Of a stretch of 64,000 nt of DNA, positions 33,756-45,900 are shown in pieces. Numbering within the stretch: the first letter of the stretch is position 1; every line of letters begins with the position of its first letter. The notes beneath the pieces were generated by a model. It had not been told where the DNA came from and ran no database searches. It saw only the letters and a list, made by a program, of their open reading frames with translations. The position numbers and the translations under genes were made by a program. This DNA is from Nemertoderma westbladi (lineage: Eukaryota; Animalia; Xenacoelomorpha): NCBI GenBank assembly GCA_032718475.1, contig JAUCBJ010007504.1, positions 1 through 64,000 on the forward strand, written 5' to 3'.

Positions 33756-35754
33756 TTAGAAGGATCTTACCTACAACCCTGCCTCTTGTACAGGTACTAC
33801 TATAATACCAGTAGTCCAGGACTTCGGTAAGTATCCAATTAGAAGGATCTTACCTACAACCCTGCCTCTTGTACAGGTACTATAATACCAGTAGTCCAGG
33901 CCTTCGGTAAGTATCCAATTAGAAGGATCTTACCTACAACCCTGCCACTTGTACAGGTACTATAATACCAGTAGTCCAGGCCTTCGGTAAGTATCCAATT
34001 AGAAGGATCTTACCTACAACCCTGCCACTTGTACAGGTACTATAATACCAGTAGTCCAGGCCTTCGGTAAGTATCCAATTAGAAGGATCTTACCTACAAC
34101 CCTGCCACTTGTACAGGTACTATAATACCAGTAGTCCAGGCCTTCGGTAAGTATCCAATTAGAAGGATCTTACCTACAACCCTGCCACTTGTACAGGTAC
34201 TATAATACCAGTAGTCCAGGCCTTCGGTAAGTATCCAATTAGAAGGATCTTACCTACAACCCTGCCTCTTGTACAGGTACTATAATACCAGTAGTCCAGG
34301 CCTTCGGTAAGTATCCAATTAGAAGGATCTTACCTACAACCCTGCCACTTGTACAGGTACTATAATACCAGTAGTCCAGGCCTTCGGTAAGTATCCAATT
34401 AGAAGGATCTTACCTACAACCCTGCCACTTGTACAGGTACTATAATACCAGTAGTCCAGGCCTTCGGTAAGTATCCAATTAGAAGGATCTTACCTACAAC
34501 CCTGCCACTTGTACAGGTACTATAATACCAGTAGTCCAGGCCTTCGGTAAGTATCCAATTAGAAGGATCTTACCTACAACCCTGCCACTTGTACAGGTAC
34601 TATAATACCAGTAGTCCAGGCCTTCGGTAAGTATCCAATTAGAAGGATCTTACCTACAACCCTGCCACTTGTACAGGTACTATAATACCAGTAGTCCAGG
34701 CCTTCGGTAAGTATCCAATTAGAAGGATCTTACCTACAACCCTGCCTCTTGTACAGGTACTATAATACCAGTAGTCCAGGCCTTCGGTAAGTATCCAATT
34801 AGAAGGATCTTACCTACAACCCTGCCACTTGTACAGGTACTATAATACCAGTAGTCCAGGCCTTCGGTAAGTATCCAATTAGAAGGATCTTACCTACTAC
34901 CCTGCCTCTTGTACAGGTACTATAATACCAGTAGTCCAGGCCTTCGGTAAGTATCCAATTAGAAGGATCTTACCTACAACCCTGCCACTTGTACAGGTAC
35001 TATAATACCAGTAGTCCAGGCCTTCGGTAAGTATCCAATTAGAAGGATCTTACCTACAACCCTGCCACTTGTACAGGTACTATAATACCAGTAGTCCAGG
35101 CCTTCGGTAAGTATCCAATTAGAAGGATCTTACCTACAACCCTGCCACTTGTACAGGTACTATAATACCAGTAGACCAGGCCTTCGGTAAGTCCAATTAG
35201 AAGGATCTTACCTACAACTCTGCCACTTGTACAGGTACTATAATACCAGTAGTCCAGGCCTTCGGTAAGTATCCAATTAGAAGGATCTTACCTACAACCC
35301 TGCCTCTTGTACAGGTACTATAATACCAGTAGTCCAGGCCTTCGGTAAGTATCCAATTAGAAGGATCTTACCTACAACCCTGCCACTTGTACAGGTACTA
35401 TAATACCAGTAGACCAGGCCTTCGGTAAGTATCCAATTAGAAGGATCTTACCTACAACCCTGCCACTTGTACAGGTACTATAATACCAGTAGTCCAGGCC
35501 TTCGGTAAGTATCCAATTAGAAGGATCTTACCTACAACCCTGCCTCTTGTACAGGTACTATAATACCAGTAGTCCAGGACTTCGGTAAGTATCCAATTAG
35601 AAGGATCCTTACCTACAACCCTGCTACTTGTACAGGTACTATAATACCAGTAGTCCAGGCCTTCGGTATGTATCCATTTAGAAGGATCTTACCTAAAACC
35701 CTGCCACTTGTACAGGTACTATAATACCAGTAGACCAGGCCTTCGGTAATTATC
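33756..35754 (+). repeat. 80-bp satellite A, ~25 highly homogeneous copies
   Basis: AGAAGGATCTTACCTACAACCCTGCCACTTGTACAGGTACTATAATACCAGTAGTCCAGGCCTTCGGTAAGTATCCAATT in strict tandem. Confidence 0.97.
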
Positions 35755-36485
35755 CTCAAAATTATAATTTATGAGCCAAAGTTCTAAAATATTTCTAAAA
35801 TGACCCCCCCCCCCCCTGGACCAATTGCATTGTAAAATAGTCCGGGCCAGATAGGGTTTAATATTCTGCTATACGGTTGCTTTAAAGTATATCGTATCAT
35901 AATTCTATATGAAAAATAAATAAAGAATACGATATTATATATCTGGGTAAAAAGTCGGATTGGGCTGAGGCTGGTGGAAGGGTGGAGCTGGAGCCACAGC
36001 GGGTGGTATAGGGAGGAGCGGTTGGATTGGGCTGAGGCTGGTGGTAGGGTGGAGCAGGAGCCACAGCGGGTGGTGTAGGCAGGAGCAGGTGGATTGGGCT
36101 GAGGCTGGTGGAAGGGTGGAGCTGGTGCCACACCGGGTGGTTTAGGGAGGGGCAGTTGGATTGGGCTGAGGCTGGTGGAAGGGAGGAGCTAGAGTCACAG
36201 CGGGTGGTATAGGGAGGAGCAGTTGGATTGGGCTGAGGCTGGTGGAAGGGTGGAGCTGGTGCCACAGCGGGTGGTATAGGGAGGGGCAGTTGGATTGGGC
36301 TGAGGCTGGTGGAAGGGTGGAGCTGGTGCCACAGCGGGTGGTATAGGGAGGGGCAGTTGGATTGGGCTGAGGCTGGTGGAAGGGTGGAGCTGGAGTCACT
36401 GCGGGTGGTATAGGAAGGAGCAGTTGGATTGGGCTGAGGCTGGTGGAAGGGTGGAGCTGGTGCCACAGCGGGTGGTATAGGGAGG

Positions 36486-36878
36486 GGTACTTTTGCACTT
36501 TAGGTCCCCACCCCTAGATTTTTTTTGTGTGTGTTTTTTATGCAAATTACACTACTACAAGGTTAGTGTGACTATCTAGGAACATTTTTGGTATAAAAAA
36601 TGTTAGATTATGTTGCACCCCCGATCAACCCTAACCCAAAACAAAAAGGTTTATTTATTTATTTTTATTTAAAATAGTCAAGCGTTAAATCATTTTATGT
36701 AATTAAATAGCTAAAAAAAAGTAGAGTTCATTTTAGGCTACTGCTTTTATTAAAAATGTTAAACTGAATACATAAAAATGTTCTCAGATAATGCTATTCA
36801 TATTCTAGAACATAATAATATTATGTTTCCTTGATATAAAAAAATCTGGGTGGTGGGGACCTAAAGTGCAAAAGTACC
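36486..36878. mobile_element. Merlin-type MITE (393 bp)
   Basis: 27-bp perfect TIR GGTACTTTTGCACTTTAGGTCCCCACC; 8-bp TSD TAGGGAGG; GG termini with an 8-bp TSD fit Merlin. Confidence 0.8.
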
Positions 36879-37409
36879 TAGGGAGGGGCAGTTGGATTGG
36901 GCTGGGGCTGGTGGAAGGGTGGAGCAGGAGTCACAGCGGGTGGTATAGGGAGGAGCAGTTGGATTGGGCTGAGGCTGGTGGAAGGGTGGAGCTGGTGACA
37001 CAGCGGGTGGTATAGGGAGGGGCAGTTGGATTGGGCTGAGGCTGGTGGAAGGGTGGAGCTGGAGCCACAGCGGGTGGTATAGGGAGGAGCAGTTGAATTG
37101 GGCTGAGGCTGGTGGAAGGGTGGAGCTGGAGCAACAGCGGGTGGTATAGGGAGGGGCAGTTGGATTGGGCTCAAGCTGGTGGAAGGGCGGAGCTAGAGCC
37201 ACAGCGTGTGGTATAGGGAGGAGCAGTTGGATTGGGCTGAGGCTGGTGGAAGGGTGGATCTGGAGCCACAGCGGGTGGTATAGGGAGGAGCAGTTGGATT
37301 GGGCTGAGGCTGGTGGAAGGGTGGAGCTGGAGCCACAGTGGGTGGTATAGGGAGGAGCAGTTGGATTGGGCTGGTGCAAGCGGAAGGGTGGAGCTGGAGC
37401 CACAGCGGG

Positions 37410-38586
37410 TGTAAAAGCTTTTGCGGAATTAGCTGATTGTTTTTCCCGCAAAGTACTCTGTAGTTGGTTTAACGGACATAAAAAGCCATTTTCTTACTGT
37501 ACCGGTGTTTTAGTGGACATAAAAAGCCATTTCTTCTGTATGTGTACTTTAGCGGACATAACTAGCAATTCTATGTCGCAATACGCTAAATATTCTTGAA
37601 ACAGTGTAGTTACTATGACGACAGCTAACAGCTGATCTGTACACATGTAGCTTTTTCCTTGTTCTCTGTTGTTTCTTTGTTCGGTCAACCAATCAGAGCG
37701 ATTCTCCTGCTTTTTGTACAGAAACCTCCGGGAAATCGCGCAATGCATTATGGGTCAACGTTTACCTTTTTCCTGAGCCCAGAAGACCGGCTTTGGAATC
37801 TCTGTGGTTTCAGGCTTTAGCCCAACATTAGTAGGCTTAATCATAGAAACGTATATCTGTTATTGCATCTCACAATAACTCACCTAATCATATTGTTAAC
37901 TACAAACACCGCATTTTTACTGCTATTTACTGTCGGTCATTAATTATATCAGTCGATGGAATATTATTATATTTGGAATATCGATAAATAATTATAAAAC
38001 CCTCAATCTTCTTGATATACTGAAGGTAAGAGAGACCGGTTACATATAACAATTGCGACTTACATTAAAGTGGTTTTGGAGTGAATCTAATGCTATTTCA
38101 TAGGCACTACATGAGTCGGTTGTTGTTCTCTTTATATGTGACTAAAAGTAGTGAAGGTCGGCAGATCGGTGTGCAGCATTGTGCGGTTGTGTACATGATT
38201 GTGACTGATAACAAAGCATCTCCTAAAGAATGCGCTATATACGTGAATCCATAGCCATCCCGTTGTGTCTAGTGTAAGTCATAACTCTGTTTACATATTT
38301 AGAGCGCCACGTCCTAAAGGAACTGTTAATATTTCCCGAAAGTGAATAATATTTGTCAGAGATTATATATTACGATCAGTCGAATAATACAGTAGGCCTA
38401 CACCGCAATAAGGTTAGGCTTCCGAATCCAGTCTCCCGGGTATATCCAGCGGGTGAATGGTCGCGCATAGACTGGCTTCGGCTAATGTAGTGTATCAAAT
38501 ACTCGTCATAGGCTAAAGTCGATTTATTATCTTGAAGACATCCAAATTTGGCAGGTTAAACTGCTAAAGGTTTGAAAGCGTGAACA
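37410..38586. mobile_element. Solo LTR (LTR-X family, 1177 bp)
   Basis: TGTAAAAGCTTTTG...GAAAGCGTGAACA with perfect 5-bp TSD GCGGG inside satellite B. Confidence 0.9.
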
Positions 38587-40051
38587 GCGGGTGTTATAGG
38601 GAGGACCAGTTGGATTGGGCCGAGGCTGGTGGAAGGGTGGAGCTGGAGCCACAGTAGGTGTTATAGGTATGAGCAGTTGGATTGGGCTGAGGCTGGTGGA
38701 ATAGTGGAGCTGGAGCCACAGCGGGTGGTATAGGGGGGAGCAGTTCGATTGGACTGAAGCTGGAGCCACAGCGGCTATTATAGTGAGGAGCAGTTGGATT
38801 GGGCTGAGGCTGGTGGAAGGGTGGAGCTGAAGCCACAGCGGGTGGTATAGGGAGGAGCAGTCGGATTGGGCTGATGCTGGTGGAAGGGTGGAGCTGGAGC
38901 CACAGCGGGTGGTATAGGGAGGGGCAGTGGGATTGGGCTGAGGCTGGTGGAAGGGTTGAGCTGGAGCCACAGCGGGTGGTAGGGATGAGCAGTTGGATTG
39001 GGCTGAGGCTGGTGGAGCTGGAGCCACAGCGGGTGTTATAGGGAGGAGCAGTTGGATTGGGCTGAGGCTGTTGGAAGGGTGGAGCTGGAGCCACATCGGG
39101 TGGTAGGTAGGAGCAGTTGGATTGGGCTGATGCTGGTGGAAGGGTGGAGCTGGAGCCACAGCGGGTGGTATAGGGAGGAGCAATTGGATTGGGCTGAGGC
39201 TGGTGGAAGGTGGAGCTGGAGCCACAGCGGGTGGTATAGGGAGGAGTAGTTGGATTAGGCTGAGGATAGTTGAAGGGTGGAGCTGGAGCCACAGCGGGTG
39301 GTATAGGGAGGAGCAATTGGATTGGGCTGATGCTGGTAGAAGGATGGAGCTGGAGCCACAGCGGGTGGTATAGGGAGGAGCAGTTGGATTGGGCTGGTGC
39401 AAGCGGAAGGGTGGAGCTGGAGCCACAGCGGGTGTTATAGAGAGGGACAGTTGGATAGGGCTGAGGCTGGTGGAAGGGTGGAGCTAGAGCCACAGCAGGT
39501 GTTATAGGGAGGAGCAGTTGGATTGGCCTGAGGCTGGTAGAAGGGTGGAGCTGGAGCCACAGCGTATGGTATAGGGAGGAGCAGTTGGATTGGGCTGAGG
39601 CTGTTGGAAGGGTGGAGCTGGAGCCACATCGGGTGGTAGGGAGGAGCAGTTCGATTGGACTGAAGCTGGAGCCACAGCGGCTGTTATAGTAAGGAGCAGT
39701 TGGATTGGGCTGATGCTGGTGGAAGGGTGGAGCTGGAGCCACAGCGGGTGGTATAGGAAGGAGCAGTGGGATTGGGCTGAGGCTGGTGGAAGGGTGGAGC
39801 TGTAGCCACAGCGGGTGGTAGGGATGAGCAGTTGGATTGGGCTGAAGCTGGTGGAGCTAGAGCCACAGCGTGTGTTATAGGGAGGAGCAGTTGGATTGGG
39901 CTGAGGCTGTTGGAAGGGTGGAGCTGGAACCACATCGGGTGGTAGGGAGGAGCAGTTGGATTGGACTGAAACTGGAGCCACAGCAGCTGTTATAGGGAGG
40001 AGCAGTGGGATTGGGCTGAGGCTGGTGGAAGGGTGGAGCTGGAGCCACAGC

Positions 40052-40800
40052 GGTATTATAGTACCTGTACAAGTGGCAGGGTTGTAGGTAAGATCCTTCT
40101 AATTTGATACTTACCGAAGGCCTGGACTACTGGTATTATAGTACCTGTACAAGTGGCAGAGTTGTAGGTAAGATCCTTCTAATTTGATACTTACCGAAGG
40201 CCTGGACTACTGGTATTATAGTAATTGTACAAGAGGCAGGGTAGTAGGTAAGATACTTCTAATTGTATACTTACCGAAGGCCTGGACTACTGGTATTATA
40301 GTACCTGTAGAAGTGGCAGAGTTTTAGGTAAGATCCTTCTAATTTGATACTTACCGAAGGCCTGGACTACTGGTATTATAGTACCTGTACAAGTGGCAGA
40401 GTAGTAGGTAAGATCCTTCTAATCGGATACTCACCGAAGGCCTGGACTACTGGTATTATAGTAATTGTACAAGAGGCAGGGTAGTAGGTAAGATACTTCT
40501 AATTGTATACTTACCGAAGGCCTGGACTACTGGTATTATAGTACCTGTACAAGTGGCAGAGTTTTAGGTAAGATCCTTCTAATTTGATACTTACCAAAGG
40601 CCTGGACTACTGGTATTATAGTACATGTACAAGTGGCAGGGTAGTAGGTAAGATCCTTCTAATTGGGTACTTACCAAAGGCCTAGACTACTGGTATTATA
40701 GTACCTGTACAAGAGGCAAGGTTGTACTGTAGGTAAGATCCTTCTAATTGGATACTTACCGAAGGCCTAGACTACTGGTATTATAGTACATGTACAAGTG
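40052..40800 (-). repeat. 80-bp satellite A in inverted orientation, ~9 more diverged copies
   Basis: Reverse complement of the 33756-35754 unit. Confidence 0.95.
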
Positions 40801-41029
40801 GACATACACCTACAAGTACACATACACCTACACTTGAGGAGTTACCAGTTAGATCCCCACCTGTAGGAGTTCCTTCACACATACACGATTACCGGTCCGC
40901 TGATTAACTGAGCACTATGTAGCACTGTTACTGCCGTAGGCCTACCTACTGCAACCAACATACATTTTACATACTGACCGCGGTCCTACAATGCCGAGCC
41001 CCGGCTCCAGTTGATATCGATATTCAACT

Positions 41030-42139
41030 ATGTCTATAACACTTGACGCGGTTTACCGAGAAATAATTGAACTACGCAAAACTAGTGAGGCGAATTATCT
41101 GAACCTGCAACACAGCATTGATATATCTAGAGCTGCAAGCGAAAGCACACGCAGGCAGATTAACGAACACCAACAATTCCTTACAGCCAGTTTCCTAAAC
41201 AATGACTCTGAACACCAATATCGACGCAGATGCAACATTCTGCTACACGGTATCGAAATTCGTTCCACAGGAAAACCTGAGGATGTCCGAAAAATCATTG
41301 AACCTATTGTACGCGCTTTTATAGACCTTCAGCAGTTTAACCTGCCGAAATTTATATGTCTTTATTGATAATCTGCCTTTTGTAAGATGATAAGATTTAA
41401 TACAAAACAAACCAAAAACATTAGCCGAAGCCAGTCCATGCGCGTCCAAATGACCCGTTTATAACACCGGGAGACTGGATTCGTGGGCTTAAATTTATTT
41501 GCGGTCAAGCCTACTGTATTATTCATCTTGGAGTCACTAAAAGTCTCCGACGGATTGAAGTCAGTAGATGGTTGTCATCGACTTGGCCCTCAACGCCCTG
41601 GTTCTAAACGACCACCACCAATTATTGTTAAGTTTAAGTACCATTCCCCGCGTTCTGAAATATTTTCAAATATCAAACATGTTCCTAAAGGCGTTCAGAT
41701 TAGCGACCATCTTACGATTTATCGCTCGCGTTTGCTAAACTTCCTTAGGAAGATCCGTGCGGATGGTATCATATATGGCTGTGGCTCACGTAATGGCAAC
41801 ATTAGCGTACAGCTGGCCACAAAATCTCGACACATAAGGATTACGACCTTCGAGGACATCGAGGACGTTCTGGGATCAAAGAAACCTCAATCGCTCATCA
41901 TCCCCGACACGTACGAGGAGATTCGATCCTGCATGGATCTCCCAGTTAGCGAATCAATCTCTGGGGGGACAGGGGGTGAACCGCAAACATCTCGTGACGA
42001 CGAGTCGACAGCTGTTCCAGTACCGAAGGACAAGGGGAAGAAACAACGCGTCCAACTCAGCCGATCTCGAACCGGTCTACGATCCCACCCCACGTCAACT
42101 GACAACCAATATATTTCCCTTGAAGAAGAATCCCAATAG
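41030..42139 (+). pseudogene. LINE ORF1 (coiled coil + RRM/CTD type), disrupted by an LTR fragment
   Basis: EHQYRRRCNILLHGIE ... VDGCHRLG ... PPPIIVKF ... ISDHLT ... RNGNI; removing 41308-41524 rejoins IEPI|LESLK. Confidence 0.8.
41308..41524. mobile_element. Truncated LTR-X fragment (~217 bp), opposite orientation to the other two copies
   Basis: TGTACGCGCTTT...CAGCAGTTTAACCTGCC...ATTAGCCGAAGCCAGTC...CCGGGAGACTGGATTCG...GCCTACTGTATTATTC matches the reverse complement of ~38380-38586. Confidence 0.82.
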
Positions 42140-42946
42140 TAATTATATTATTCATTTAATATGCAGTCTTATGTATTTTGTCTGTCTGCCTTAAGATTGA
42201 TTAATTTAGAAAGTGTAACTGTTATGCACTCTATAGGTTTATGATCTGCAATGTGTCGTCTATATTTAGGTTTATTATTCCACTTTTATCGTCCTAAATG
42301 TGTCTTACATCACTGGTGTTTCTACTACATCTTAGTTCACTATTTCATCTTTCCTTGCTTCATGTCAGGATGTTGAATGTCATACTCGAACTAATATTTC
42401 ACTCTGCTTCATTCAGAATAACAAGTAATTTCACAATAATAATATCCTTTCATTATATTTCATATTAATTTCTCAATTTCTTTATTTCAAACAAACATAC
42501 GAACAAGTTGGTTGTGGGTAGCCTATGGCCTTCACATGCTACTTTCGTCACTTATAATGCCCCAGCATCACCCTACCCCACCACCCCATCCCCTTCCTGT
42601 ACCTTCTGTTACTCGATAGTATCCCCCACCGAAACCTCCTTAAAGTGCTCACTATGTCAAAATTTATATCACTATCCTTGTGGGACCTGTCTCGATTTAG
42701 CGCATTTTCCATTGTCTAACACAAATTCGATCCTAACATACTGTATATACTGTTACTTGGATATTTTTCCTTTTAATAATGTCCCTAACTCTGATACTGA
42801 TATTTTTTCTGACGGGGCCGAGGACACTAATTCAATAGACTTTTCTGCTTCAAATAATCAATTCAAATCAATTGACCCCGACAGAAATATAATATCTTCC
42901 ATCAATAGCTCTGACTACTTTAACACTGACTCTTACAACTCCCTTC

Positions 42947-45900
42947 TGAAATGATTGTCTGGTTTAAGATCTTGCATATCGGTATTATATTTGAACTCAG
43001 TTCATAAGATATATAAGAGTACATATACTACTGTACTGCCGAAGCACTACTGCACTCAAATACCCCAACACCAGTATCTCGCTATGCCCTAAGCCTAATA
43101 CAGTCCTAGGCCCAACCTCAAGGGGCGAGCCATCTGAATTGGTGAGTCTCCTCCTTATCACCTAATTCCATCATCCCCCCATTAAGATCGATTGGTCCTT
43201 ATCAGATTGGAATCTAACGGTTTTAGTACGTGTTCGAGTTCCTCGTCTCAAGGCTGATTTGGGTGTTTCCGTAGGAGTTTCATCCCTTGTCTCTATGGAA
43301 TCACTGGAGCTTGGATATGGTCGCAGGAAGCGACGATTACGCCATAAGACTTTCCCGGATGGTAATTTCACGTGGTAATCTCTACTCATCTTTCCCCTTT
43401 CAAAAATAATCCCCTTCCTTGTCCATCTCTTAGAAACGGGATCCTGTATGAGTACGTGTGTTCCAGGTTCAAGCGGTTTTAATGTGTGTGCGGATCTGTC
43501 ATAATATTCTTTCTGTTTATTTGCCTTTATAAAGTCAGTATCTGCGGCCATCGTCAGCCAATTGGCAGAGAATGTTGAGTAATGAGCTGGAACTCGTGAA
43601 CGCAACGGATGTCCATACAGTATGATAGCGGGAGAACGTCCGTCGATGTGTGGGGTATTTCTTAATTCTAAAAGGCCATGAAGGAATGAATCCGTATGTA
43701 AGTTTCCGCCATCTGTTTTTGCAACCAAATTTTTTAATATGCGGACATTGACCTCAGCGTGTCCGTTGGATTGGGCGTATGTTGGAGATGATGGTATCCA
43801 TTCTACTCCCCAAGTTTTAAGGAAATCTGAAAATATCTTGGAACTGTATTGGGGTCCTCCATCTGAGCGGAGTCGAACTGGTACTCCCGTTTGGACGAAA
43901 TAACCTTTGATTTCTTTCAAAACCTGTTGGGAGGTTGGAGTATAATTCCAATGAGATATGAATGGAAATCCTGAGTAGCGGTCTACATAGACTAAGTAAG
44001 TGTGTGTTCCAAGTGAGAATAGGTCTGTTGAAACAGATTCGAATACGCGTGTTGGCATAGGATCGCTTATTAGCGGTTCCTTAGGGTTGCTTGGCAACCG
44101 AAGTTGACACTTATCACATGATTGTACAGCCATTGTGAGGTCGTTCGTTATACCCGGCCAGTACACACACTGTCTGGCGCGCATTTTCGTCCTTTCAATA
44201 CCCTGATGTGAGTCATGGAGTCTATTGATAACATTTTTGCGTAGGTCAAAGGGTATCACTAGACGGCGCCCGAACAACACAAGACCGTTGTCAGTGGTCA
44301 GGTCATTTTTTAATTTGTCAAACATTTTGACAAATTGGCAATTTGCGTGAGGCCCCTCAAAGCCTGTCTCAATTGATTTTATTAGTAATTGATAATTATA
44401 GTCTAATTTAGCCGCGACTTTTATGTCTTCTATTACAGGATCAGGGAAATGGTGAGTTTCACCTGAATTCGTTCCTGCTATCATTATTGTAACGGCATTC
44501 AGTATAATATTAGCGGTCATGTACCCAGTCGTAGTGTTAATTTCAGTTTCGGGGTCATCGACCGGTGCTCTGGATAAGGCATCAGGTATTTTATTATCTG
44601 AACCTTTCCGCCATTTAACAACAAAATTGTAGCTGCTGAGCTTCATTTTGTGATTGAGTAAGCGCACATTATCTATCGTGTCTAATGTTTGTTTGTTGTA
44701 AATGGACACTAAAGGACTGTGATCGGTAATTACTGTATACAATGCTAGGCCGGTAAGATAGATGCGACACTTCTGAGTTGCCCAGAGTATTGCAAGGGAC
44801 TCTAGCTCTACCATAGCATATCTAGACTCCGCGTCTGATAAAAAACGCGAGCCGCATTGAATTAGTTTAAAACATTCGTCTTGTTTCTGTAACAAGGCAT
44901 ATCCTAGGCCACCTTTACGTGCCGCATCTACTTCTAAAACAATTTCGGCCTTGGGGTCAAAATTGGATAAAATTGGCGTAGATGATAAAGCAATTTTCAT
45001 ATTGTCAAATGCTTTCTGGTGGTTTGGTGTCCACAAAAATTGATTTTTTGTTTTCAGTATATCTCTCAAAGGACTAGCTATTAAACTTATTTCGGCCGAA
45101 AAGTGGCCCAACTGTTGTACTAAACCCATAAAGGATCGAAGTTCGGTTCTATTGGTAGGTGTAGGGAATTGACTAATCCCTTTTACCTTCACTGGGTCTG
45201 CTTTTATTCCCTCTTGCGACACTATATAACCTGCAAAATTCATTTCACTTTGGGCGAATTTGAATTTTTTTTGGTTTATAGTGATATTATATTTCATGCA
45301 ACGTTCTAAAACGTTACAAACATTTCGGACGTGGTCCTGAAAGTTGACATTATAAATTATAATGTCATCTACGATTTTCTGGATATTGTCTAAACCTTCC
45401 AGAGCGGTGTCACCCCTGAGACTATAAATATCTCCGGTTGAGATAAAACCCATGGGAGCCCTAACGTACATGTATCTTCCCCAAGGAGTAATAAAACATG
45501 TCAGTTTTTGTGACTCTATAGCTAATGGCATTTGCCAATATCCTGATTTTGCATCAAGTTTAGTAAACCAATTGCAACCAGGTGGGATACTCGAAACACA
45601 ATCGTTTGGTGTTTTGGTAGGGTATACTACTCGCTCTACTTGTCTATTTAAGTTGGATAGGTCTACACAAATTCTAATCCCGCCATCAGGTTTATTGGCT
45701 ATAACCATAGGATGGCACCACTCGGTAGGTTTATCGCCTGCTGGTTTGATAATGTTCCATTTAATTAAATTATCTATTTCAGCTTTTACTTGGTCTCGCT
45801 GTGCAAATGGAATAGGGCGTGCTCCGTGCACTGCGTACGGTATTGCGTCCTTTTTAAGGTATATTGTCATAGGCTTACCTACATCTGTACCGGACATTTG

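Larger units (their letters stand above)
35955..40051. repeat. G-rich 67-bp satellite B, interrupted by a MITE and a solo LTR
   Basis: Unit GGGCTGAGGCTGGTGGAAGGGTGGAGCTGGAGCCACAGCGGGTGGTATAGGGAGGAGCAGTTGGATT in blocks 35955-36485, 36879-37409 and 38587-40051. Confidence 0.95.

Noticed and set aside
33841-33920. Hammerhead or twister ribozyme in the satellite monomer
   Set aside because: No CUGANGA/GAAA core or twister consensus recognised on either strand.
33756-35754. CRISPR-like array
   Set aside because: Units are contiguous and nearly identical, with no unique spacers and no cas genes; eukaryotic satellite.
35784-40072. Proline-rich extensin/mucin-like ORFs on the minus strand
   Set aside because: Artefacts of the 67-bp repeat; the unit is not a multiple of 3, so the same three peptides cycle through all frames.
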